DNA of 64,000 nt from a virus: positions 1-64,000 of IMG/VR virus record IMGVR_UViG_3300028844_003474; one strand, 5' to 3'. Positions 27,226 to 36,600 of the stretch are shown here, in pieces; position 1 is the first letter of the stretch, and each line of letters begins with the position of its first letter. The notes beneath the pieces are model-generated. The model was not told the DNA's origin, did no database searches, and worked only from the letters and a program-made list of their open reading frames with translations. The position numbers and the translations under genes are program-made.

Positions 27226-27671
27226 TGAACAAGAGAGATTTAAGTAGTATTGACACTATTGTCATTCATACTACTGCAACCCAAGAGAATCAAGAGGTTA
27301 CTATCGAACAAATCGATATGTGGCACAAAAAGAGAGGATGGGACATGGTGGGTTACCACTATGTTGTAGATCTGCAAGGTAAAGTTCATAAAGGCAGATG
27401 TATTACTCAAGTTGGAGCCCATGTTAAAGGGCACAACAAAACGAGTATAGGCATTTGCTATGTAGGAGGCCTTGATGAGAATGGAGACGCCAAAGACACT
27501 CTTAGGCCTATTCAAAAAAATGCTATTGGCTTTATGCTTTTAGCTTTAAAAGCGGTCTTGCAGCAACCTATGGTTGTAAAAGGCCATAAAGAATTCACTA
27601 ATAAAGCATGTCCATGTTTCGAAGTAAAAGACAAATTTGCATGGGAAATAGAGCAGTTAGCTATGGAGTAA
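27225..27671 (+). CDS. N-acetylmuramoyl-L-alanine amidase (T7 lysozyme-like endolysin)
   Basis: IHTTAT, GYHY, GAHVKGHN, SIGICYVGG, GHKEF..KACPCF. Confidence 0.93.
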   Translation: MNKRDLSSIDTIVIHTTATQENQEVTIEQIDMWHKKRGWDMVGYHYVVDLQGKVHKGRCITQVGAHVKGHNKTSIGICYVGGLDENGDAKDTLRPIQKNAIGFMLLALKAVLQQPMVVKGHKEFTNKACPCFEVKDKFAWEIEQLAME

Positions 27672-28054
27672 TATCCTTTTGTTTACTGTTTTTCTCTTCC
27701 TGTTACATACAACGTGAGCCCTGTCCTGCTTATGTAGATGACGCTGTGCCTGCGGGTACATATGACTACAATGGACCTTACGAATGTTCTAGATGGTACG
27801 AGCATAGATACGGATGGATTTGGAGTTCCGACAGCAAAGACGATGCTTTGTATCTCTGGTGGGAAATAACTCAACGTCCTATGTACTTTGAACAAGACGG
27901 AGAGTTTCGTTTTACAGTACGTTCTGACGACCAATTCGAATATAACTTCTTCGCGTTAGTAGAAAGCGCTAGCTGGCAAGACACTATTGGTCACATGCAG
28001 TATTACATTACTACTGATAGGGCTCGTAAATATTGGGACAAAGTACCACTATGA
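27640..28054 (+). CDS. Lipoprotein (start uncertain)
   Basis: ISFCLLFFSS-C lipobox, CPAY motif. Confidence 0.6.
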
Positions 28055-29940
28055 TATACTTAGTGTCACCTCAACAAATTATACTGACAGACGTAGTAAA
28101 ACAAATTACAGCGTCTGAAGCGCACCGAATACTAAAAGATGCAACCTACCTTCAAGTAGATTGTGAGACTACAGGCTTAAATCATATTGAGAATAAGCTG
28201 TTATTAATCCAAGTTGGTACAGCTGAACACCAAGTATTATGGGATGTTCGAGATGAAATGTATCTAACGTTACGATTAATCTTAGAAGATCGTCGAATCA
28301 AAATATTGCACAATGCAAGTTTTGACTACAAATTTCTCAGACAAGCTGATATTCAGCTTTTTAAAGTCTGGGATACCCTTGTAGTAGAAAAGTTATTACA
28401 TAACGGAGAAACAACTCCTAGAGGGTTTTTTAGGCTAATTAACCTAGTAGATCGTTATGAAAATGTAGAATTAAATAAAGAGCAACAAAAAAGTTTTATA
28501 GATCATGGAGGAGAATTTAGTATGGATCAGCTCGTATATGCAGCTAACGACGTTCGATATCTGGAGTCAATACGAGAACAACAGCTTAAGCACTTAAAAC
28601 AAAACGCTTTACTACAATGTGCTAAACTTGAGTGTGAAGCTGTGCTTGCTTTTGCTGACATTGAATACAATGGCATGACTGTTAATAGAGAAGCATGGCT
28701 TAATCTAGCTAACAAGGCCAAAGACAATGCTGTTTCTAGCCAATCTAAATTGAATCAGATTTTACTAGATGATTCTAAATTTAAAAAGTTTGTTCCCAAA
28801 ACGTATCAATCGTCATTGTTTGGAGATGAGACAAATGACAAGTTAAATAGCATTTCTGTCAATTGGTCTAGTCCAACTCAAGTGTTGCCTATACTGCAAC
28901 AGATAGTACCAGAGCTTGAAAATTGTGACACAAAACAGTTAGCATTAGCTTACAATGAAAGACATGAGCTAATTAAGCTTTATATTAAGTTTAGAGAAAA
29001 CAGCAAACTGTCTACTTCATTTGGTCAAGAGTGGCTTGATAAGCACGTTAGTAGCGATGGCAAAGTTCATACAAACTTTCAACAAATATTACGTACGGGT
29101 CGAGTCTCAAGCTCAAACCCTAACATGCAACAAATACCAGCTAATAATGAATATCGCAACTGTTTTATCTGCCCTGAAGGGTGGTCGTACATTTCGTCTG
29201 ACTTCTCGTCCCAAGAACTTTGCATTATTGCCTATGGTTCAAAAGATCCTGTTTGGCTCGAGTCCCTCGAAAGAGGAGAAGACCTTCACTCAGTCTGTGC
29301 GGATCTCGTCTACGGTGATACCTGGCAACAGGCAGCGGAACCAGACTGTGATTACTTACAATCCAGACAAAAGTGTTCGTGTCCAAAGCACAAAAAATTA
29401 CGAACTGCAGTAAAGAGCATTAATTTTGGCCTTGCATATGGTATGGGACCAAATAAGCTTGCAAATCAATTACAAATCAGTGTTGATGAAGCATCTGAAC
29501 TTATTAATAAGTATTTTAAAGTCTTTCCATCCATTAGAAACTTTCTTGACACCAACGCCAAGTTTGGTAAAGAGAAAGGATTCATTAGAACAATGGAACC
29601 TTATCGACGCATACGTTATTTCCCTAGTTGGAAAGGACGAGCTACAGACAAGGCTGATATGGGAAAAATTGACCGAATGTCTCGCAACACTCCCATCCAG
29701 GGAACAGCGGGAGACATGACTAAAGAAGCTATGATTAGATGTCGTCGTGAATTTATGAATAAAAGCGACATTAAAATGGTTATGGTGGTACATGACCAAA
29801 TTGACTTTATAGTCAAAGATCATACAATTGAATATTACACTAAAAGAATAACCCGCCACATGGAAGCTGCTGGTAAATCTATTATCACTAATGGTTTACT
29901 TAAAGCAGACACCACTGTAGCTAAAGCATGGGAAAAATGA
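28051..29940 (+). CDS. polA: DNA polymerase family A with 3'-5' exonuclease
   Basis: DCETTG, HNASFD, YAANDV; TGRVSSSNPNMQQIP, DFSSQEL, KSINFGLAYG, VHDQ; Cys-rich insert CDY...CSCPKH. Confidence 0.96.
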   Translation: MIYLVSPQQIILTDVVKQITASEAHRILKDATYLQVDCETTGLNHIENKLLLIQVGTAEHQVLWDVRDEMYLTLRLILEDRRIKILHNASFDYKFLRQADIQLFKVWDTLVVEKLLHNGETTPRGFFRLINLVDRYENVELNKEQQKSFIDHGGEFSMDQLVYAANDVRYLESIREQQLKHLKQNALLQCAKLECEAVLAFADIEYNGMTVNREAWLNLANKAKDNAVSSQSKLNQILLDDSKFKKFVPKTYQSSLFGDETNDKLNSISVNWSSPTQVLPILQQIVPELENCDTKQLALAYNERHELIKLYIKFRENSKLSTSFGQEWLDKHVSSDGKVHTNFQQILRTGRVSSSNPNMQQIPANNEYRNCFICPEGWSYISSDFSSQELCIIAYGSKDPVWLESLERGEDLHSVCADLVYGDTWQQAAEPDCDYLQSRQKCSCPKHKKLRTAVKSINFGLAYGMGPNKLANQLQISVDEASELINKYFKVFPSIRNFLDTNAKFGKEKGFIRTMEPYRRIRYFPSWKGRATDKADMGKIDRMSRNTPIQGTAGDMTKEAMIRCRREFMNKSDIKMVMVVHDQIDFIVKDHTIEYYTKRITRHMEAAGKSIITNGLLKADTTVAKAWEK

Positions 29941-30182
29941 CATTATCCATTGACAATGACCGGTACCTACAACCGGAAGAACCTGATACTCATACGTTTA
30001 AAGTAGATTTAATAGTAACTGTAGTCTACAGTTTTACTACAGAAATTGAAGCTGTAGGCAGAGAAAGCGTAAAAGGTATAGTTGAAGAGAATCAACGCTC
30101 TCTAATAGAAAAAACAGTTGATTTAGGAGAAAAAGATGAAGTTATGTTTGATATAGACTATATTTCTGAAGGACCTGACTGA
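29928..30182 (+). CDS. Acidic hypothetical protein
   Basis: ORF track. Confidence 0.6.
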   Translation: MGKMTLSIDNDRYLQPEEPDTHTFKVDLIVTVVYSFTTEIEAVGRESVKGIVEENQRSLIEKTVDLGEKDEVMFDIDYISEGPD

Positions 30183-30206
30183 CATACATACGTTTTATCT
30201 ATTTGC

Positions 30207-30252
30207 AATAAGAGTGGTATGCATTACATTGGTGATGCGTACTACTCTTATT
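30207..30252 (+). promoter_or_regulatory. 21-bp stem-loop ending 8 nt before the ATG at 30261
   Basis: AATAAGAGTGGTATGCATTAC-ATTG-GTGATGCGTACTACTCTTATT with three G-U pairs. Confidence 0.8.
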
Positions 30253-30260
30253 TACATCTA

Positions 30261-33200
30261 ATGAAAAGTATTTTATCATCAATAGCGTTAGTACTTACAG
30301 CGCTTTCAATAACAGCACAACCGCCTACGCCTGATTTTTCTTGCGGTCCAAGCACTTGGGATGGCCTAGGTAATAACCCTACGCCGGATGCGCAGGCTTT
30401 TATCTGCTATACTACCTCAGCTCCAATAGGTAAATATATTTATTGGAACCCGTTTGTTCATAATCCTGACATGACTGAACTTGCAATGCCTGCTGAGGAC
30501 TTTGCAGACTGGAATTGGGATAATATTTACGGCATGAAAGGTCGTTATGGAATTAATTTTCCTAGCTATTTAGGAGATGGAGATACATTATCTGCTCAAG
30601 TTTTTGAAACAAAACTGAATCCAACTAGTGAACCAGATGGAGATCTTCAAACTTTTACAGATCACCAATTTGATTTTTATGGAGGAAACTACAAGTTCAA
30701 TATTTTACACCTTGAGCAAGGTACTATTGTAAAAGTGCATCCGGGAGCAAGCATTGAGATTCATACTGCGTTAAGCATTGAGTACGGAGCTGTTCTAGAA
30801 ATTATGCCTGGTGCAACTGTATTGCTTAAAGCTACTAGAGACAATATAGCTGTGACTGACGTTCAAGGTGCGATTGAAGGTACTCTACAAAAAGAAGTTT
30901 ACTTTGATGTAAGTGACACTTGGCAAAGTCTTTCTCAATTTAATAAAGAACTTAGGTTTGTATTTAATCCGGGTATGTATAACGTAGACTTACATAAAGT
31001 TGCTTTAGACATACAGGCAGCTGCCACAGTACCATTGGCTTTTGGAAATTCAGAGCCAAGTGTTCAAATTGGTTATTGGGGAAAACGACCCACTTTCATA
31101 GAAACTCAATCTATGTATGACTTTGCTGCAATCCACACATATGAGTCTCCTTCTAGTTCTTTTGAACTTGTTGGAGACTCTAATCTTTTTGTAGGAGAAG
31201 CTGTTTTAAACACAGATGGATTTGTAATTAGCGAAAACGTCGGTCAAGAGTTTGCTTTAAGAACAAACAGCATGGCAGGTCATTTTTATAATTACAACGA
31301 GGGAGTTAGTATTCTCCCGATCTATCCTCCTACAGAAGACATTGGAACATCAGATGAAGCATTGCTAAACCACTGGTTTAACAGCGATGACTTTACAGGA
31401 TTTGCAGATGAGACTATTAACACAACCTCTGATATATCTAGTTTTTCAAAGACTCCAATAGAGTTAGATAGAACTTTTGCAGTGTCTTTAATGGGAGTAA
31501 CTAACAGTTTAGAAGACTTTAAAATTGTAGTTGAAGGTAAGTTTGACAGCAATAAATTTATTTCTGTCCAAAACTCTACTATAAGCCCGACCTTATTTGG
31601 AGTTGAACTCCCTTACCCTGGAGCTACTGCTACTTATATTGGATACCCAGATGCATATCCTGAACAAAGTGTTTTCTTTGAGTCTACTGCTATTGCAGAC
31701 CCTCCAAACAGTCTTTTATTTGGAGTGGATTTGTATTCTAGAACAGGAGCTGATGATTACTCTTTGTACAGAGGAGTAGATTTTAGCGGCTTGTCTGTTT
31801 TAAATAACAGAACAGGAAATTATTTAGATACATATGAAACCTTATTTACACTGCTTGCAACAGCTTTAGACGCTCAGTTAGCTTTGTTTGACATAGCTCC
31901 TCTTATAGGAAGACAAGATAGTCGAGACTTTAAGATTGACGCAGACACAGATAAGATGTATGAGTCTACAAGTGGAGAAGCTTTTCCTATTCCTGTTTCT
32001 AATTTACTTATTTGGGACGACACCGCTCCTCAATACCCAGGCGTAGAAATCACAGACTTTTATAACATAGAAGACATGAAAATCTTCTATGCAATCGGAG
32101 ATACGATTAGACCTGACGAAATGTTAGCCTATAATTACAATAATCCTTGTGATCCACAAACTATTGAAGGTGTAGGATATGACAATTATTCTACGTTTAA
32201 AGAAATAGGACTTAACTGGCTTAATAAAGGAGGCGTTTCAACTAGTGGAGCTCCTGTAGGCTCTCCTCCTGGAAGTGACACTGTTTATGCAACACGTACT
32301 AATGCTCCTGTATACAGAAAGACAGAGCAAGCTTATGTAAATAACAAACCTGTTTTAGGTTCTATGAAAGAAGCTAGAGTTCCTGTAGGACCTGGTAATG
32401 TTGGAAGTACCGAGATTTACGATTGGACTATTGAAGAATTAAACGACATGAACGAGTTTACTCTTTTGCGATTAGCAGGAGTAACTTTGTTAGGCGATAC
32501 GCTTACCATTGCAATTGTTCCTTTAGCTACAGATGAAGACTACAGTGCTACAGACATTGATTTGTTTGAGTCATCGGTTGCTGTAAATCCAATCATGTAT
32601 TTGTTACCTCCAACAGATGTGCATGTAATGAGTCGAAAGTGGGGGTCTTACGGAAGAGGAATTAATGATTTCAATGACTCTCTTCAACTTGTCATAGACT
32701 TTGAGGCTTTAGACTTTGTAACAAATGGAGCTAACAGTTTTTCAAAGCTATTTATTGATGCTCCTGTCAAACAAGTTGGAGCTTGTGGTCTTTCCGGAGA
32801 CAATCTTGTAGTAGCTACATCTACTGGTAATTTATATACCTGGGCTCCAGATTTTGAGTATGAAATTGATATGAATAGCACGTACAATATGCCAAATGAA
32901 AGTGGCAGTAGTGGAGACTACGGTAGCGGAGCTGTAGTTGACTTGTATTTTACTACTACTCAAGCAGACTTTAACGGAGACGGCTGCGTCACAACTGCTG
33001 ATCTTCTTATATTACTTGGTCATTTTGGTACCAATGTTACTCCTGGTAATTTTCAAAGTGTTGCAGCTGATTTAAACTGTGATGGTGTTATTAGTACATC
33101 TGACCTTCTTATCTACTTAGGCTTTTTTGGACAATGCGCTTCTGATAGTGAAATTCCTTCTGAAGAAGCTGGAACTGTCTTACAAAAAAGAGCAGCGTGG

Positions 33201-33629
33201 TATTTTGGAAATAACTTTAATAATGATCATGTCAGCTATGATATTATTGACGATTATCCTTCGTTTTCTCAAAGTCAAAGGGATTTTCTAAATCTGTGGC
33301 CTTATCCTGGTAAAATAACAGTTGTAGATGATTTAAATATGGTCATAGCTGACAAATGGCTAAACGGTCCTACGACCAATAATGGCGTTACTGGGTATTC
33401 AATAGAATTACCTGCTAATATGCCTACTTCAGCGCAATTAGACACAACCTCTGCTAAATATAGTGTTGATCTCCCTCAAACAGATCCTTCATATCGCATT
33501 TACATCGAATGGCGTGATGCTGTAAGAACTTTCCCAGGTATACCTGGCTCAATAAACCATATATGTTTAGGGTGTAAAGAAGATCCTAATGCAATTTTCC
33601 CCCTGACTCCAACTTTTGTTGCCAATTAA
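30261..33629 (+). CDS. Giant secreted acidic protein with paired dockerin-like EF-hand repeats
   Basis: Signal peptide MKSILSSIALVLTALSITA-Q; DFNGDGCVTTADLLILLGHFG and DLNCDGVISTSDLLIYLGFFG. Confidence 0.85.
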   Translation: MKSILSSIALVLTALSITAQPPTPDFSCGPSTWDGLGNNPTPDAQAFICYTTSAPIGKYIYWNPFVHNPDMTELAMPAEDFADWNWDNIYGMKGRYGINFPSYLGDGDTLSAQVFETKLNPTSEPDGDLQTFTDHQFDFYGGNYKFNILHLEQGTIVKVHPGASIEIHTALSIEYGAVLEIMPGATVLLKATRDNIAVTDVQGAIEGTLQKEVYFDVSDTWQSLSQFNKELRFVFNPGMYNVDLHKVALDIQAAATVPLAFGNSEPSVQIGYWGKRPTFIETQSMYDFAAIHTYESPSSSFELVGDSNLFVGEAVLNTDGFVISENVGQEFALRTNSMAGHFYNYNEGVSILPIYPPTEDIGTSDEALLNHWFNSDDFTGFADETINTTSDISSFSKTPIELDRTFAVSLMGVTNSLEDFKIVVEGKFDSNKFISVQNSTISPTLFGVELPYPGATATYIGYPDAYPEQSVFFESTAIADPPNSLLFGVDLYSRTGADDYSLYRGVDFSGLSVLNNRTGNYLDTYETLFTLLATALDAQLALFDIAPLIGRQDSRDFKIDADTDKMYESTSGEAFPIPVSNLLIWDDTAPQYPGVEITDFYNIEDMKIFYAIGDTIRPDEMLAYNYNNPCDPQTIEGVGYDNYSTFKEIGLNWLNKGGVSTSGAPVGSPPGSDTVYATRTNAPVYRKTEQAYVNNKPVLGSMKEARVPVGPGNVGSTEIYDWTIEELNDMNEFTLLRLAGVTLLGDTLTIAIVPLATDEDYSATDIDLFESSVAVNPIMYLLPPTDVHVMSRKWGSYGRGINDFNDSLQLVIDFEALDFVTNGANSFSKLFIDAPVKQVGACGLSGDNLVVATSTGNLYTWAPDFEYEIDMNSTYNMPNESGSSGDYGSGAVVDLYFTTTQADFNGDGCVTTADLLILLGHFGTNVTPGNFQSVAADLNCDGVISTSDLLIYLGFFGQCASDSEIPSEEAGTVLQKRAAWYFGNNFNNDHVSYDIIDDYPSFSQSQRDFLNLWPYPGKITVVDDLNMVIADKWLNGPTTNNGVTGYSIELPANMPTSAQLDTTSAKYSVDLPQTDPSYRIYIEWRDAVRTFPGIPGSINHICLGCKEDPNAIFPLTPTFVAN

Positions 33630-33630
33630 A

Positions 33631-36600
33631 ATGAAATACATTAAAAATACATTAATTAGCATCTTCTTAATAGGTGCATCTTTTGGAAGTCATGCGCAAT
33701 ATGCAGGCCAGTTCTCTGGAGTTCCTATAAATCTAGAAAGTGTTCCTCACCTTGAATATCTAATAGAGCTTGGTAGTATAGCGTGTACTACTGCTCCTTC
33801 GTGTGTAGTAAACGCTATGTCTTTTGATAATCCAGGAGCTGTAGAAGCTCTTCAAGGATATTCTTATGTAGGCACATCCGATCTTATTATTCAAAATTCT
33901 CAACATTTATCGTTGTGCCAAGGTTCAGCTCCTAATGATCCAAATGGAGTTACTAAAATTATACCTCTCAATACAATGTTTGAGAAAGGTATTAACATTG
34001 ATAGACTTTGGGTAGGTAGGCAAGTTACTCCAGTTTCAATCCCTCAAAGTCATTTAATTATAGACACTCAATATGATAGTCTTATTGTTGATGAAGTATG
34101 GGTTCCTTATGGTGCTACTCTTGAAATTATAGGACCCAATCCTTTAATCGTTAGAAAAGAGCTTCACAACAGAGGCACTATTATATGTGATGAAAACTTG
34201 TTAATTCCTGTAACCACGGATGATCCAGACGCTATAAAAGGTTTTCATGCTTTGTTTGAACAGAAAGGAGAAGTTATAGGAAGATACAGTGCTGAAGTTA
34301 TGCGAAACGAACGTCCTGAGTTTCTTAACTGGGATTGGGTTATAGAGAACTTTGGAGTTCAAGCTACTTTTATAGACTCGCTTCAAATGCTAGGACTAGA
34401 TCCATATGCTATAGGATTGTATGAAGAGATCTATGAGTCACATTTACTAGAAGGAGACCCCTGGTATATGTACAAATTAGAGCTAGATGGTGTAGAAGAA
34501 GTTTATAATCAGTTTTCAATGTCAGGAGTCCCTGTAAAAGGGGTTCGGTTTGGAGGTCAATATAAAGATTTTGCTCGAGTTGCACTGTACAAAGATGCAA
34601 GTCCTAGATTCCCATATAAATGGCAATTTCCTGAAGAAACTACATTACCTACTAGTTACAGTTTTTTGAGTGAACTAGGTGACGAAATTGCAGCTATTTA
34701 TATGAAACAGGAAGATTTAAATTATTATCATAATGTAGTATTGAACAATGCGCCTGAATTTTTTTCTAGCGGAAGTCTAAACGATTATGAAAATTACAGT
34801 GATTCATACACTACTGGAGAGTGGGAGCGAGTTTCGTTTATGAGACCAGAGCTAACGAATGAAATTGGTTTTAGCACTGGAATCCGCACTAGATATCAAT
34901 ATGGCTACGATGCTGAAACTGATACTTATATAGGAGAAGGCAACTGGTGGCCTTGGCAGTATGCAGACGGGGACCCTGGTTACCCTGATAATGTTCCTCT
35001 TCCTTGGGTAGATCCTGAAACAGGAGCGCTTGATTATAGTATTGAACAGATTGCACCAGAATATCTTGATAAAATATCTTATCAAGATTATAGAAACTTA
35101 GGTACTTATGTCAACGGTTCTGCATTTACTACTATAGATACAGACTTAGAAGAAATTTTTGTAAGCTTTGAGTACTGTTTGTCAGAAAATATAATTCATA
35201 CTTTAGAAGGACCAGAAATTTTACCAAATACAAGATTAGTTAATAACCCTATTGCTCAAGGACTTGACACTGTTTGGACTTGGAGACCTGGAGGGTGTAC
35301 AGATACTATTGTATCTACATATGGATTGTTTGACGCTGCACAATCAACAAACTCAGGAATTCTTTGGAATTTTTATTTAATGAATGATCCAACTCAAGAC
35401 AACATTTGGAATTTAACTGAAATGATGGAAAGAGATACTACAGTAGCGGGCTACGATAGTATTTATGATTACAATTGGTATTACAGAAATGAGTTAGAAG
35501 CAAGTCAAAGTATTTTTAATGGATGGGATATATGGTTTTCAAAAAGTCCAGATGTTGGGCCTAATTCTTACAGAGAAGGAAGTTTTTTTGGAGATGTAGA
35601 AACCATGGGTAGCAACGGTAACCAAATATGGGAAAACCCTATTAAATCATTCATAGCAGATACTGCAGGTCGTTTTATGCCTCAGTTATATGGAGATGCG
35701 ATAAATTGGGATTCAATTCTTGCACAGAATAGTTATTATGGTAACATAAATCTAGCTCCAAAGTTAGATAGCTGGCTTCCAGATATTCCAGAGCTTGGTT
35801 ACATGATGGATTTTTATCCAGATAGTATGAGAATGGATCCAGTAGAAACAAATCCTGCTTATGCTTGGTGGGGTGCTGATTGGGTTGCTCCTGATCATTC
35901 AACGCCTCAGCCGTTTCCTACCATGTCATTTCAATATGTTGGAGGTGTTCAAAATACCGAGTGGATTGATAGGTATACTGGATATTCTTGGATGAATACT
36001 TTAGATGCATACAACGATTCTAGGATGACTTATCATCCACAAACGTTTGAATCAGATCCAATAATACCTAATCTTCCGCCAAATAATAGTGAAGACCATC
36101 TTATATCATATAAGTTACCTACTGCTACCGATTGGGTTTATACATACGCGCCTAACGGCTTATTGTATGAAGCTCAAACATGGAGTGAATGTCTTGAAGT
36201 AAATGATACAACCTTTTGTATTAATTATTTTAACGGAGTTAACCAAGCTTATGATGAGTGGGGTATTTCGATAGAAAATGATTTAACTAGTATTTCTAAT
36301 AGCGCATACGATGACGCTGATCTAGAAATAGCTTTTAATAACTATTATACTCGACGTAACAGATGGGGTTCTCTAGCAAATCCTTTACATGGTTATTTAG
36401 ACTTGGATTTAGTTGCTGACCGCTATTTTGAAGATTATCCTGAATCTAATCACTTAGAATTTGCTTGGTGGAATCCTCAAAACACTACTGGCACTTCTAA
36501 TACAAATCCTGGAAATGTTCTTAATGGTACACGAAAATACTGGAGACGTAAGTATCATAGATATGGAGACGAAATTGTTCAAGACGAGATTGAATATTTC

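Noticed and set aside
13938-29940. Introns or inteins in TerL and PolA
   Set aside because: Both ORFs are continuous, of normal length, and lack intein or homing endonuclease motifs
30219-30260. N-terminal extension MHYIGDAYYSYLHL of the first giant protein
   Set aside because: Lies inside the 21-bp hairpin; the signal peptide starts at ATG 30261
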